In this document: in pieces, positions 21,950 to 35,827 of the stretch
Numbering within the stretch: the stretch's first letter is position 1
How the letters are laid out: the number at the start of each line of letters is the position of its first letter
NCBI RefSeq assembly: GCF_000143415.4
Contig: NW_003314269.1
Span: forward strand, 1,681,544 to 1,745,543
Direction of reading: 5' to 3'
DNA length: 64,000 nt
Source: Selaginella moellendorffii
Taxonomy: Eukaryota; Plantae; Lycopodiophyta
Made by a program: the position numbers and the translations under genes
Notes under the pieces: model-generated
Told to the model about the DNA's origin: nothing
Databases searched by the model: none
The model's input: only the letters and a program-made list of their open reading frames with translations

Positions 21950-23632
21950 GAAAGCCCAGCGCTTACTGAAGAAAACTACATAGTAGGAATGAAGCACCAC
22001 CACTAATAATGGCAACCAGAATCATTTGACCATCACCACCATCACCTTGATCATCATCTTGCAAAGGAATAAGCAAACCAGCACACTCAGCAAGGGGTAA
22101 GCCACAAAGTCCTGGGTTTCCTTCATAGCTGCTCACCGGGAATGTTGCAAACTGAGCACCGGTGGAACCCTTCCGAGAAGCTTGTTCTACAAGATGTTTA
22201 AGTGTTTCAGGAAGGTGAAGTTGCCAAGCGAGTCCGGGATGTGTGATTCAAGCCAGTTCTGTGATAAATCTAGCCACTCCAGGTTCTTGAGGTTTCGAAG
22301 GAATGGCCCCTGTAAGTAAGTTGTGTGCGAGAAATAGCACATATAAGTCTCGCATATCAGTGAGTTAATTCCTGTGAAGGTGTTGTGCGAGAGATCAAGA
22401 ATCAAAAGACTGTTGACGTTAGTATCTGTTGTTAAGTTGGAACTAGGAGGTACCAGGAAGAGCCATCTTTGTGCTCAAAGTCATCCAAGCGGATCCCCTG
22501 CAGTATGAAAACCTCCTCGTAAGCTTTGCAGATGGATAGCTCTTTGTTGATCACATACACGATCAGTAACGGGAAGGTTATTTCGGTTATTTCATCCTCT
22601 TCCACTTCCGATGAGCCCGATCCAGCTTGGAATTTGTCCTGTCAACTGATTGTCGTTCACTAAAAACAAATGTTGTTTCTAACCTCACTTGATAGACCGT
22701 CCTGAAGCTTGTTGTGACCCAGTACGAGAAATCGAAGGCTCAGTACTTCCAATAGATGCGGGGATTGCTCCAGATATCATGTTGTTGCTCAGAAACAGCA
22801 AGAAGAGTTTCTTCAGCCAAGATATCTGCTGAGGAATAACACCTGTGATATTGTTAAAACTGACAATCCTTCCGAAAAACTGTCCCAGAAATGTTGTTAA
22901 AAGAGAGATCCAGCTCCTCCAGAGTAGGACACTGCTCGATCTGAAATGATGTGAAAACGTTGGTAGACAGGTTGAGCTTCTGAAGGCTGTTGGATGAACG
23001 TAGACCAGAAAGTTCCCCTGTCAAATTATTCGACGACAGTGAAAGCTCTTGTAAGCTTCTGCAGTTTATACACATATCTTCAGGCACCCCTCCAACCAGC
23101 TGATTGCTCGATATTTCTAGAGCTCTTGCACGATGCGAAAATGGAAGCAGCTATCGAGCCACTGATTCTGTTGTGAGATAAATCAACCGAAACCATAGCA
23201 TGCCCAATTGATCCCTTCAGCAAAAAATTTCTTATGAGAGGTTCAAGTGCCTGATGCCTTTGCACGTAACCAAAAGAATATCTAGAAAATCACTAGTGAA
23301 ATTGTTGCTTGACAAGTCGAGGACCTCCAAAGAGCATTTCTGTGGTGATATGTGGATCTCAGTGAAGTTGTTCCTCGAAGCAGACAAGTTGCCTTGGATT
23401 GTGCCCGAAAGTGACAGAGAATCAATCTGTATGCCAGTGATCCGCCCAACTTACAACTTACACCAATCCAGTGGCAAACGTTTGTGCCTGCCTTCCAGTC
23501 ATTCAGTGCCGCAAGAGGATCATCCACAGAAATTTTAAAGTTTAAGAGTGCTCTCACCTCTGAATCTTCAGCACCTGCATGAAAAACAATTCTGACAAGC
23601 AGGACAAGAGCAAGTAGCCTACATGGATCCAT
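21950..23632 (-). pseudogene. Decayed tandem copy of the LRR-RLP
   Basis: Co-linear with 18943-21243 (MDPCRLLALVLLV start, island ICKAYEEVFILQGIR, GNPGLCG). It has a large internal LRR deletion near 22860 and many frameshifts. Confidence 0.92.
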
Positions 23633-23700
23633 TAGAATGGGTTCGAACACGGAGTCAGAAGAGAAAGTCCAACCGAAATTTATCATTCTACTAATAGATA

Positions 23701-24282
23701 TTAGGCTGGTTTGAACTTCATGGAGAGCTTGACTTTGCCTTGGATTATCCCGGCCGGGAGGATTACGTCGTACGCGTTGGGACCGTCGACTTTGCTGGCG
23801 AGAACTTGTCCCAGAGGAACTCTGCTTGAAAGAAATGTTAGTACTCTCTCTAGAAAACAAAGTCTGAGAAGAAAAAAACAAAGCTTTCCTGACGGTCCCA
23901 ATGAAATCATCGCTGCCAACGACGTGATCCTTGTCGAACAGCTTCACAAACATGGTCTCGTCTTCCAGAGGAACGTCGCTCTCACCCTCGAGGCTAAACA
24001 CGAATTTTTCGTTCCACTTCGGTGTGGAGCCCTGCCCTGGATAATGGAAGACAAGGTCTAGATAAGAGAAAAACTATGAGAGCTTTACCTTTGGCCGTGC
24101 TGCTCTGGAAACTCTGGCCTTTGAACTTGAGGATCGCATAGGGGTCCGATTTCCCTAGAAGAAGAAGAAGCAAAAGAGGATGAAGAAGAATCAGAGAATG
24201 GAAGAAAACTCGTACACAAGATGTCACAGTTCTTGATGTCGGTAGCGCCGATGAGAAAAACCTCTAGCGTCCCAGCCGACAT
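23701..24282 (-). CDS. Small C2-domain Ca2+/lipid-binding protein (elicitor-responsive type), 4 exons
   Basis: MSAGTLEVFLIGA..|SDPYAILK..|PKWNEKFVF..KLFDKD..SDDFIG|VPL..GKVKLSMKF. Confidence 0.9.
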
Positions 24283-24547
24283 TTCTATTCGCTCTTAAAT
24301 CAAGAGATTTGGCCTCGAAGGCTTTTAAAGAGGAGATTTTCCAAGTCAGTGCTTCTGGACCACCACGTTGCTAGTGGGATTGTCTTTTGTTTGTCTCAAC
24401 TCGATTGGAAGATCAGAGAAAAGCTGTTTTATTACTAGTTGGGTAAGCAAACTCTAATTCCTCACAGTTCCAAGGAAAATAAATAGCTTAACGAATGAAA
24501 CTCGCCGGATGGAGATGGGAAACGATGGAAGTTGCTGTTTTCAGCGC

Positions 24548-25802
<1,255 letters not shown>

Positions 25803-25902
25803 GTTTGGCTTGCAAGCGGCAAAGCAGCAAGCAACACTACGCATCCGCCCTAAAATAAAAGGAGAGAGATTTCCTTTGTAACTGGAACACGAGAGATTAA
25901 AC

Positions 25903-25950
25903 CGCCACGTAGTAGAGACGCACGGTTTAGCCAAAGAGACGCCACGTGTA
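25903..25950. promoter_or_regulatory. Paired G-box/ABRE-like elements upstream of TPI
   Basis: gccacgtag (~25904) and gccacgtgt (~25941), 100-150 bp upstream of the ATG. Confidence 0.4.
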
Positions 25951-26020
25951 CAGGCCCCTCGTCAGCTTTGACGCGCGAACATTTTAAAATTTCGAACTCG
26001 AAAGTTAGGGTTTATGGCCA

Positions 26021-27595
26021 CTAGGGCTTCTTGGCTTGCTCGAGCGCGGCGCCGATCTTGAGGAGGCCATTGCCGATGTTGGCGAGCGCGGCGTTGTACT
26101 GCTGGCCCAGCTGCACCACCGCGTCCAGCCGCGCGCGCTCGAACTGGAGCCGCTCGCCGTCGAGGCGCTGCCGCTGGTCCTCGAGCGCGTACTGCTTCTT
26201 GGCCAGCCCCACGTCCACGGCGTGCCGCCGGTTCCTCCCGCTCTCCGCCTCCAGCAGCACCTCCACGATCCGGCTGTTGTTCTTCTGCAAGATGCCGCCC
26301 AGGCTCTCGCTGCTTCCTCTCCCTGCCCCTGCTGCTCCTGCTGGCGAGGATGACGATGGATGGTGGTGGTGTTGATGGCCTGCTGCCGCTGCTGCTTTCC
26401 TCTTGCGATTCATCTCCGCTGCTGCTGCTGCGGCCGCCGCGGATGATCCGTGTAGCTCCGGCCCGTCTAGTCCTCCTCCCTGATCTCCTGCATCACCTTC
26501 CACAGCACCAGCTTTAGCACCTGGATTGATGAAAGGCGAGAGTTTTAAACTCAAGCTTGTCATCTCAAGGGAGAGTGCGATCACCCCCCGGTGGCTCTTG
26601 TTCAAACACACAAGCTCCAAGCAACTTTGATCGATCACACTCCAATTCAAGCTCAAAATCAAAGAGAGAACCAAGAACACGAGAAAACATAGAAAACCAG
26701 AAAGAGAAAGGAAACAAACAGGACGAAAAGAGAGAACTCACAGACAGAGAGAAAGAGAGAGGGTCTGTGATCTTACCGAAGCCCCAGAGGTTGTCGGGAA
26801 GAACAGTCAAGCCGGTGATGGCGGCGTCGGAGCTCTCCCATCGGCTCTCGGCCGTCTTGTGAGCCTCGGACTTGGCGTGCGTGTTGAGAGCGCTGAGCTG
26901 AATGGTGCTACACCCTTCCTTGGCGAACACATTGTCCATGTTGTAAGTGGTGCACCACTGGCACTTGAGCCGCAGCTCGCCGCTCTCCTTGTTCACCGGA
27001 TACACCCACTTGTGCTGGAGCTTCCATTCCTCCCGCCACGACCTCTTGATCTCCTTCTTCTTCCGGACGAGGAACTCGTCTTCCTCCGCGCAATCCAAGT
27101 TTTGCTGCTGCTGCTGCGATGGTTGCTGCGGGGGCTGTGATTGCTGCTGGGACTGCGATTGCTGCTGCTGGGAATGCTGGTGTTGGTGGTGATGGGGATG
27201 AGGGTGGTGGTGGTGGACTTCTTCGTCAACTTCTTCTTCCTCGTCGTCGTCTTCGTGGTGGATTCGTAGCTGCTGGTGGAAGATGGTTTGCTGGCTTGCG
27301 TGTTGATCGTCTTGCTGCTGGGAATGCTGCTGCTGTTGCTGAGAATGCTGCTGCTGCTGCTGCTGCTGTGTGAGATTCGAGGACGTAGCGAAAGGCACTA
27401 AACCTGGAGCAACGACGACGGATCTTCCCGCTGTGGTTGCCGCCGCATCTTTTCTGGGCCGCCCTCGAGGCCTGGAACCTGGAGCCGGGCCCGACATCCC
27501 CTCGAAGTTCTTCACGAGAGACTCCGTCCAGCTGAGAAAGAAAGGAATGAATTTTTTTCGCTTACAGCTTTCTTATTTTGGTGATACCTGATCAT
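26021..27595 (-). CDS. AT-hook + polyQ/H + TTF-type zinc finger + C-terminal coiled-coil protein (3 coding exons predicted)
   Basis: MIS|WTESL..RPRGRPRK; CAG-rich tract; RSWREEWKLQHKWV..LKCQWC..NVFAKEG..LNTHAKSEAH; intron ~26775-26521; NRKRK NLS-like motif and a heptad C-terminus. Confidence 0.75.
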
Positions 27596-28086
27596 ATAGC
27601 TTTGCGGATGGAGGAGGTGTGAATCGATTCAACCTGGATCTGGAAGAACACACAATGTTAATCCAGCTAATGACCACTAGTCACACTACCAAGCCCTGAT
27701 GCCCCCACATTCCACCCCGGCGCGGCGATCCAAGGCGCAGCATTCCCGCGGCGCCTCGCCATCGCCGCGCCGGCGGGGGATTGGGGCGCCATGGCGCGGC
27801 AGCGATGGATCGAGCACGAAGACCCCAATGAAATTAAGAGAAAGAAGGGGGGAAGAGAAGGGCATTGAAAAGTGATGAAGAAATGGCAAAGCCGTCACTG
27901 ACCATTGCGATGCTGCCCGTCGTCCTCCCCAGCCACGGGCCGTCTCCCTCTTCAAAGTTGAAGAAGCCCTTCAACGTGTTAGGGCTTGACAAGAGCGAAT
28001 CGCGGCCGTCCAACCCCGCCCACAAATCCAACGGTGGAGGTGGAAATCCCGTGTTCATGTATTAACAAAAATTCCCTCTCTTTTCT

Positions 28087-31000
28087 CTAAGTGAGGCGAG
28101 GAGCTTGCAGCGATGACTGGAAGTAAAGATCGTCCATGGAGAGCTGCTCGAGCGCGTCATAGTCCACACGGATTTGCTCCACTGCGCTCTCGGATCGCGG
28201 GCACTGCGCTTTGGGCCAGATACACGAATCCTTGACGTCTCCCTGCGCTTCCTTCTTCACGGCTTGTCTCGCCGATATGTCGATGCCGGACACCACCGAG
28301 ACCGAGATCACGTCCGGGGCTTTGTTGGTGGCGGCGGAGCTTTGATCCTGTTGTTCCTGGCGATGGCGATGTTGCCGCTGATGGTAGAGTTGAGTTTCTA
28401 GCATGCCAAGGTCCTCTGCACTGGGAAAACTTATCTCGCAACCAAGCGTTTCCACGGCGTGCTTGATGAATGCCGTCTCCTTGCGTGCCCGGATTGCGTC
28501 GGCCACTGCCAGGGCTCGAGCTCGCTTCTCGCCCTCCAGCTCGTCGTGGAGAGCGTCGATAATGCTCATGAGGTTCTGGACCTTGTTCTCGGCCTGGTTC
28601 TTGCCCTGCGCGTATTGAGAGTACAACAAGAAAATACTAGTGCGTTTTACCTGCTCTGAAGAAGATGCGCGTTGAAACATCCCACGTATTTCGTCTTGGA
28701 TGTGATCCTGGAGCGAATACCCCGAGCTGATGCAAAAACCAAAGTCCATCTGAGAAAACGCGATGCAAATCATGCTTACCTCTTTTCAGGATGGAAATTC
28801 CAGCGTAAATAATACTCTGGCCACAGAGACGGAGCTAGCGCAGCTGGCGAAGGTAACAATCTTGACGCAGGAATATAGAAGCAATTGTTGTACTTGCTTT
28901 CCACAGATTGCAATCTTCTGAAGTGAGTCCAAATGCAAGCACTCTCGGCGATCCGAGCTTGGACCCTTTCCTTCTCACTGAAACACCAAGTGTTTTAGTG
29001 AGTTGAAGCCCAAGAAAAAGCACCAATTACCTGTTGCATAAGAAGTTCCCGAAACGACAAGATAGAACGGAGTCCATAAATTCGACAAGAAACGCCTACA
29101 CAAAATCCGTCAGTGATCCGCAATAGCCGCACCTACAAGATTTACCCCAGAGAATTCAAATGCCCGATGGTATAGTCGAACAAGTTGAGACACGCAATCG
29201 AACCACTGTAACATGATAGAATGAGACAAGTACAAAATATTTTCCGGCGAACCTGTAAAAATATTGGTGAAGTGTCATATGTTGTTCCCGACGTAGTGTT
29301 CGGATTGGGATGTGGCCGTGCAGGAGCTGCTGGCGTGGAACGTACAGACTCACTACTGGCCATTGAAGGCGTTCCCAAGCGATCCGCAAACGGGTGTCCA
29401 AATGCCAGCCAATCTTTTTCAATCAATGCCTACAAAACATGCCGTAAGAACCAACATAAAAGAAAACAGGAAAGCTTACTTGAAATCCCGCAAAGGTCCG
29501 GTAGTACGGGTCAAGCATAAGTTGCGCTAGTGACACAAGCTGAGTCGTTCTATCCCAGCCATCACTGCGGGGAGAGACAAGTCAACACATAGTTAAGCTG
29601 AACATATTGCTTGCCTGCAATGCACAAGAACAGATGCGCCCTCGACAGCAATACGAGCGGCAATCCAAGCAGCACCAGCAAGAAGATTGTGAATATGCGT
29701 AAGCCAACCACTATCGCCAAGAGCCGACACAGCCGCTGCTGTGCTACTGAAATTGCCACCTCCCCATATTGACCCACCACCTCTCTGAAAGTCGTGTTTG
29801 ATTATGTATTTGCTTCAAAAAAATCTCATACCAATAGTGATGAGGAACCATCGGAGGATGACGCGCCAAAAGTGTCCAAGTAATCACGCAAGCGTCCTAA
29901 ACTATCGCGCATCGCATGTATGTTATCAATTCCTAAGAATACCACCTGCACAGGAGAAACACAAGTAAAGACTTTAGATTGTAGAGCAGCAGCTCACCTC
30001 GCAGTGAGAGTAGTTCGCAGAAGATTCCGACCCGCCACCCATGGCCCCATTGGCTAGAGCATTTTTCCTTGGTCGTGCATCAACTATATACAATTTTCTG
30101 TTGGATCACAACTGAGCGTTCGGTAATAAGAAAATGGCGTCAGCAAGATTTTACCTTCGGCGCCCACAAAGAGCTGCAACTAGTTTCTCATCCGCAATAC
30201 TACACACAAATCGATTATTATATCACACAATGTCTAGCAGAAAAAATATACCTGCGGGAGTTCATCATGATCCCAACAAGAGGTTGCGACGATCGAGCAA
30301 GCACAGCGCCATTATCTAAATTACAAACTTCTTGTAAGAAAACGAGGAGCAATGTGCAACTCACCAACCTGGATGCTGCCAGCTCAACGTAGGCAGCCTT
30401 CCACGGGCACGAAAATCTGCTCCTTGCTGAAACTCTTCATTACTAGCCGATGGAAATTGTTTAGAACATTGATTGAAGGCAAAGCAGCTAGAGAAGAGCG
30501 TTACCTCAGTGACTTTGGCATCACAAGAAGTGAAGGATACGTTGCACAGAGCATGTAGTCGGAGTTCACATCACTTAAGGTCCAGTAGCTTTTGTGATGC
30601 GAAATGATGCGCTCGTATTCGCTTTGAAGACGTACCCGGGGATCCGAGTCGAATCCCAGACAAGATTTGGCCCATTCCGCTGAAAAAGCATACAGGTCCC
30701 ACAACCTTGCTGGCCTTGTTAATCTTTGAAGAGCATCAAAGATGATCCTTCTCTGCATTTAAAAGAGAAAAAAGAGTTACGATAATGCCAGCATTCTCGG
30801 ACTACTACTTACATGCTTCACATGAGGAGAAAATCCGAACACAATGGTCCTCAAGTCCTTCCCAACAATTTGCAAGAGCCGACGCGGAGAAATAGAGCTC
30901 CGAGGTCCAGGAGGACGAACTGCTTGCTATACCAAACCTTAGTTGCATTAGCCCTGAATATATTGCATAGAAAACGAAAAAAAAAGGAAAACAGTTCTAC

Positions 31001-31433
31001 CTGCTTTGAGAACTTCTCGATTGTCGCCAAAGGTATGGTTCCCATATTGCACACCTGTTCTCCATGCTGGAAAGAAAACGCTATGAGAAAGAAAATACTC
31101 TGAGAAACAAGTACCAGAAACACTAGACGAAAGCTTGTAAGCAGTAGCGTCCCTGGTCGATCGATATTCACAAGAAGAACACCCGAGCTCTGGGAAAAAA
31201 AATCACAGCAACCTCTTTAATTCAACAAACGCGGCGTAGCTCGAAATTTCTACCTCGGCGATGGCATCCTCGCCGGGCAGCAGCAATCCATAGCCGTGCT
31301 TGCTGACGGTAGGACCGGCCTGGACAACCTGCTTAGCCTGTTTCATCGGACATAGCTGGGAACCAAATCTCACGCGCGAATCCGAGAGAATTACCTCCAC
31401 TGTCGTCCAATCGTGCCAGCACGCTTCTTCCAT
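28087..31433 (-). CDS. MTM1: Myotubularin (PI3P/PI(3,5)P2 phosphatase), multi-exon
   Basis: GRAM region ([12 protein letters not shown]), [11 protein letters not shown], catalytic VHCS|[24 protein letters not shown] and a coiled-coil C-terminus. Confidence 0.93.
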
Positions 31434-31662
31434 CGGCAAGAATGGATCGAGACTACATTCGCCAAGCGCTCGCACTCGCACTCGCGCTCGCGCTCGCCAT
31501 CACACCGCCCTAAAACCACGAGCCCTAAACTCGGACCTTCCACTTGTACTTCAAATCCCGGCCGTTGGATTCGACAAAACCTCTTTCCTAAAGTAGAATT
31601 CCGAGCAGCAATACTTAGCATTCTTTGGATTTACAAAGCAAAGACTCCACTCTCTTTCTCTT

Positions 31663-32263
31663 TCACATTATCGTGCAAAGAGACTCTTCTTCTTCTTCCT
31701 CGTCTTCGTTGGCGGCTCCTACGTGATGGGAATGAGCAGCAGAGATCTCAGAGCTACTGGCCTCTCGTTTAGAATCTCCTCCAATCTTCCACAGCTCCAC
31801 GCGCTTCCCAGTCCTCTGGACTGTGCGAAGAACTCGCTTGGTGCTCACTTTGCCGGTCACAGTGACCTTTTGTCGCAGCTTGTCAACATCCACTCGATCC
31901 ACTCCTGTTCTCCAAAACAAAGAATCGATTGAAAGAGCTAAGCCCAAGAGAAGAAAAAGAGTGGAGTTACCTGGCATAGCCCAGAGAGCGTCTCCTACGA
32001 TCCTCTTGCACTCCTCGCAATGGATCCCAACCTTCAGCACAACGACATTCTGCCCAAGGATTCACTAGTGAGCAAAGCGAAACGAGAAGAGACTAAGAAG
32101 ACGGAAGAACCTCAGAGTACTGGCTGCTCGTGTCGTCCGAGTCCTTGAGCCGATCCTCCATTTCATCGTCGCCATCGTCATACGGCTCCTCCTTCCACAC
32201 TCTGTTATACCACCACTCCCTCGCGGAAGCAACTGGAGACTGGAAAAACTGGAAGTGATCCAT
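31663..32263 (-). CDS. Heavy-metal-associated isoprenylated plant protein (HIPP), 3 exons
   Basis: VVLKVGIHCEECKR HMA motif, KVTVTG..KRVELW and C-terminal CaaX CTIM. The start is inferred from an in-phase upstream exon. Confidence 0.88.
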
Positions 32264-32945
32264 CAAAACTTCTCAGCCGGAGTAGAGTGTGTGATCGCCG
32301 TGCCTGAAGTTCTCACCACACAAGCCCACTGCCCTGATCCACCACCGAGCTCGGCTTTTAAACAGCGCGGAGTTCTACGCTAGCGCTACTACCACTACCA
32401 CCATGCCACGGGGTTACGATGCTCCTCCTGTCTCTGCCTAGTCTATCTCACTCTAGCCTCCGCTCCTCTCGTGAGCCGAGGGTCGGTCGGATACTCGTGA
32501 CCAAATCCCAGAGCATCTCCTTCAACGGTAACACCACGGTGCGCAATCCACTGCCGCTGGCTCCTTACTGCACGCTGTTCTTCAACCAATGAGTCACACT
32601 GGCTTGAATGTTTTCAGCGCCCCTCCCTCTCTGCCTGTTGTGTTGTCCTTGGTATCTTTTAAATCTTGGGAAAAGTGAGACGGTGACTCTGCTCTCTTTC
32701 TTAATTCTTCGGCTGCAAAAACCAAAGTAAAGAGGAGTAAATAAATGGAAAAGAAAAAGAGGGAAAAAAAAGCGGACTGACTGATACCACAAGCTGCAGA
32801 GCATGATCGTGATCCGCGGCACTTTGTTCCCGATCATGTCCAAGCTCGATCGATCCACCTGAAAAAGCCACTGGTCAGCAGCTTTTGGATCGAGAGTAAA
32901 GCAAGCATTACCTTTGAACTTTGAAGCCCACCGTTCCACGGCAAT

Positions 32946-35827
32946 TCAAGTGTTTGTCTGTTGCAGCTCGCCTTCCCACTGAAACATGTCTTCTCGATAT
33001 TGCGTTAGCTGCCAGTAACCATCAGCTAGTTCCTCCCGTAACTGCAGTGGAGTCCACCCGCAATGCCCCGCTACAAACTTGAACTCCGACGCTGGCAGCT
33101 TGTTGGCTTCAATAATTTCGAAGACTTTCTCGGTTGCAGAGGGACCACCCGCAGAGAGGCCATACGAAACTGTACCGAAGCCTTCCAGGTTCTGGAGCCT
33201 AGTGAAGGTGAATATGTACTTGGGACGCGTGTACAGAGGTCCCCCGTAGCCAATCTTCACGTTGTGCCGCTGATCAACAGCTAAAAGTTCCTCCTTCGGC
33301 ATGTCCTTGTTCATAACCAGCCCCACAACGTAGTCGTCTGTCACGGAAACAATGACGACTGCCGAGTTTGCGAAGTTTGGAGAGTTGGCCGAAAGTTTCT
33401 CGGTGGCTAAAAGGACGTGACCAATTCCGATGCGTTCTCCCTCTTGTGAAGTCTCGTCGAGGTTTTGCTGGATTGTTATCGTCGAGGGTGGCTGAACGGT
33501 CGAGGTCCCGTGCTTTGCGATAAAATGTAGGATGCCGCTTACCGTCGGGGCACCTTTGTATACGGAGACTTTGTCTTTGTCTTCTGAAGGAAATAATAGA
33601 AGAGATGGAAACTCTTGATTCTACAAAAGAAAAAAAAAACGTTATAAACAGGAGTGTCTATGAGCAATGAATTTGTGCATTACCTCCACAACATTTGCTA
33701 GTATATGGCTACAATCGTTGCTTCCACAGTCCATCTGATAGAAGCTGGGAACTATTAGCTCCACGCTTTTTGAATCTGCAAATCAAGGAAAGGTTAACTT
33801 CTTGAGTAGCTGATCCAAATCTTACCGTCTTTACCCTGGATCAAGAAGTATTTGTATACTTCATGCATAGCAAGCTCCATTCTCTTGCAGAACCCGCACC
33901 ATGGGAGCGTAAACATAACCAAGGAAGTCGAACTGCTTTTAGAAGAATTTGTCCGGCCTTTTCTAAATCCCATCACCAGTTCTGGAAACGTCTCGAGTGA
34001 CACGCTAGGAACGGGATGAGTTCGGTGAAAATCTCGATTCACGAATGGAGGTGTGACTGCTTTTCGTGAAACAACTGGAGCTTGAGTTGATTTCAGCGTA
34101 GCCAGGACAGCACCGGATAGAGTTCCATCGAGGAATTCCACAAGGCCTTCAAAACTTAGAGGAATGTCGTCTGGATAGACATATCGTGCGTTCCTGTCGG
34201 GAAAAACTGCTACCAATGACGGCCTGCTGTTGCTTGTTCCAGTTAGAAATTCTTGCAGTGCATACGCACTATCAAAGAAGCCAAAGTTGAACCTCCACTC
34301 GTCTACGTCTTCTTGAGACTTCATATCCTCGTGCTCTTGCATGGCTTCGTTAGTTCCTTCTGTCGATATCTCCATGGTAACATCCTGATCTTTTCCATGG
34401 GCCACCTTGCTGTTTTCCTGCCCCTGCATTCCTTCATCTTCTCCATTCCCTTGAGATTCTGCAGCAAAGTCCCCTTGGCTGGTTTCATGAGCAGATTCTG
34501 CTGTTATATCTTGCGAAGTTCCTTTGTCAACGACCGCAGTAGTTTCTGGATCATCTTTGCCACCTGTGCCTTGGAGCAAAAGCTGCAAGATCCTTGCTAT
34601 GCCTGCTCCTAAATCTTTCTGGCCGAGTGTGATGGTCTGACCATTTTTCACGACGACACCACGAAACATTACCGGCTGGTCCTGCTCAATAACCACGGGG
34701 ACTACTTTGGAATCGTTACGAGAGGTCTTCCACTGGTGCGATCTTTCATAGTACCTGGCAACTTCGCGGACGATACGCAATGCCTCGATGCTTTCACCTC
34801 TAAGTTCCGGTGAGAAAGATAAGAAGAGAAATACCGACGGCCTGTCGCGAGGGATTTCTTGTGTGTCCTGGTCCACCTAAAAGACGAATATAACGAGTGA
34901 GCTCCACTATCCAAGCGAGAAAAACTTGCCTCGAAACGTACCTCATCCACAACTACACCAGTGTTCTCCAAAAAGTCGTCGAGCAAAGCCGGATCATCCA
35001 AAACTCGCCAAGAGCGAGAGATGTCTTCGGTGCGTCTCAAGAGAAACCATGGCTTGCCGTCTGGAATCTCAAGCCCTGCATCTTCGAGCACCTGAGCCAG
35101 CGTGATAACTCCAAACCTCGCTGATAGCGGTGTAAGAAAGCTCGCGCTTGCAGCCTCCGTGAGGTTGCCATAGAAGGAACTAAAGACGAGCTCATCACGT
35201 CGAGAGCCACACGAAGAAGTCTCGTTCGCTGTCTCATATAGTACGCTCTCGGGCTGTCCAAACTTTGGCTCGTTGTTCTCGTAGTCTTCCACAATCCTGC
35301 CAGTCTCTAGCGTCCACCCACAGAGATCCACCAAGACAAAAGCTCTGTCCGTGGAGCCAATGAATTCCTGTAAATCGCCCACTGTGTGGAGAGGCTGGAA
35401 TAGCTCCGATACCAAGGCGTGATCTACCGCAGCTAGCACTCGCTCGGCCGAGAGCTTGCCCCTATACTGGAAAGTTTCTCCCGACTTGTGCAGTGTGAGG
35501 GACATCCAAGTTCTTTGTTCGTCCCTGTGTGTGTGCGCGATGCGCAGTTCCAGATTTCCAGCGCATTCTGGCCTCTCGCGGCTCAGGAGCTCGAGAAACT
35601 CGCGCATGAAGCTCTTGGCCTCGCCATTCCCTGGATCCATCCAAATTCCAGTTCATCTCGAGAAATCTAAGAGTGGAAGACTTACATGGAAAAGTAGCGA
35701 GACAGAGGATTAGATCGTGGTCCTGGAGCTCGCCCCAGCTCTGGAGCGGCTTCCATTGTAGCTCCGCGGCACCGGCAATGGAGCGCAGCAGCACGATCGC
35801 TCCTAGCAACACCGCGAGGAACTCCAT
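32946..35827 (-). CDS. Secretory thioredoxin-fold protein with C-terminal DUF179 (YqgE/AlgH) domain
   Basis: Signal peptide MEFLAVLLGAIVLL; FTLPWCGFCKRMEL; VGLVMNK..YGGP..GHCGWTPLQLREELADGYW. Confidence 0.85.

Noticed and set aside
32565-32939. 124-aa minus-strand ORF between the DUF179 gene and the HIPP
   Set aside because: Non-ATG start directly after the upstream stop, includes intron-like T-rich sequence and has no recognisable domain; probably UTR.
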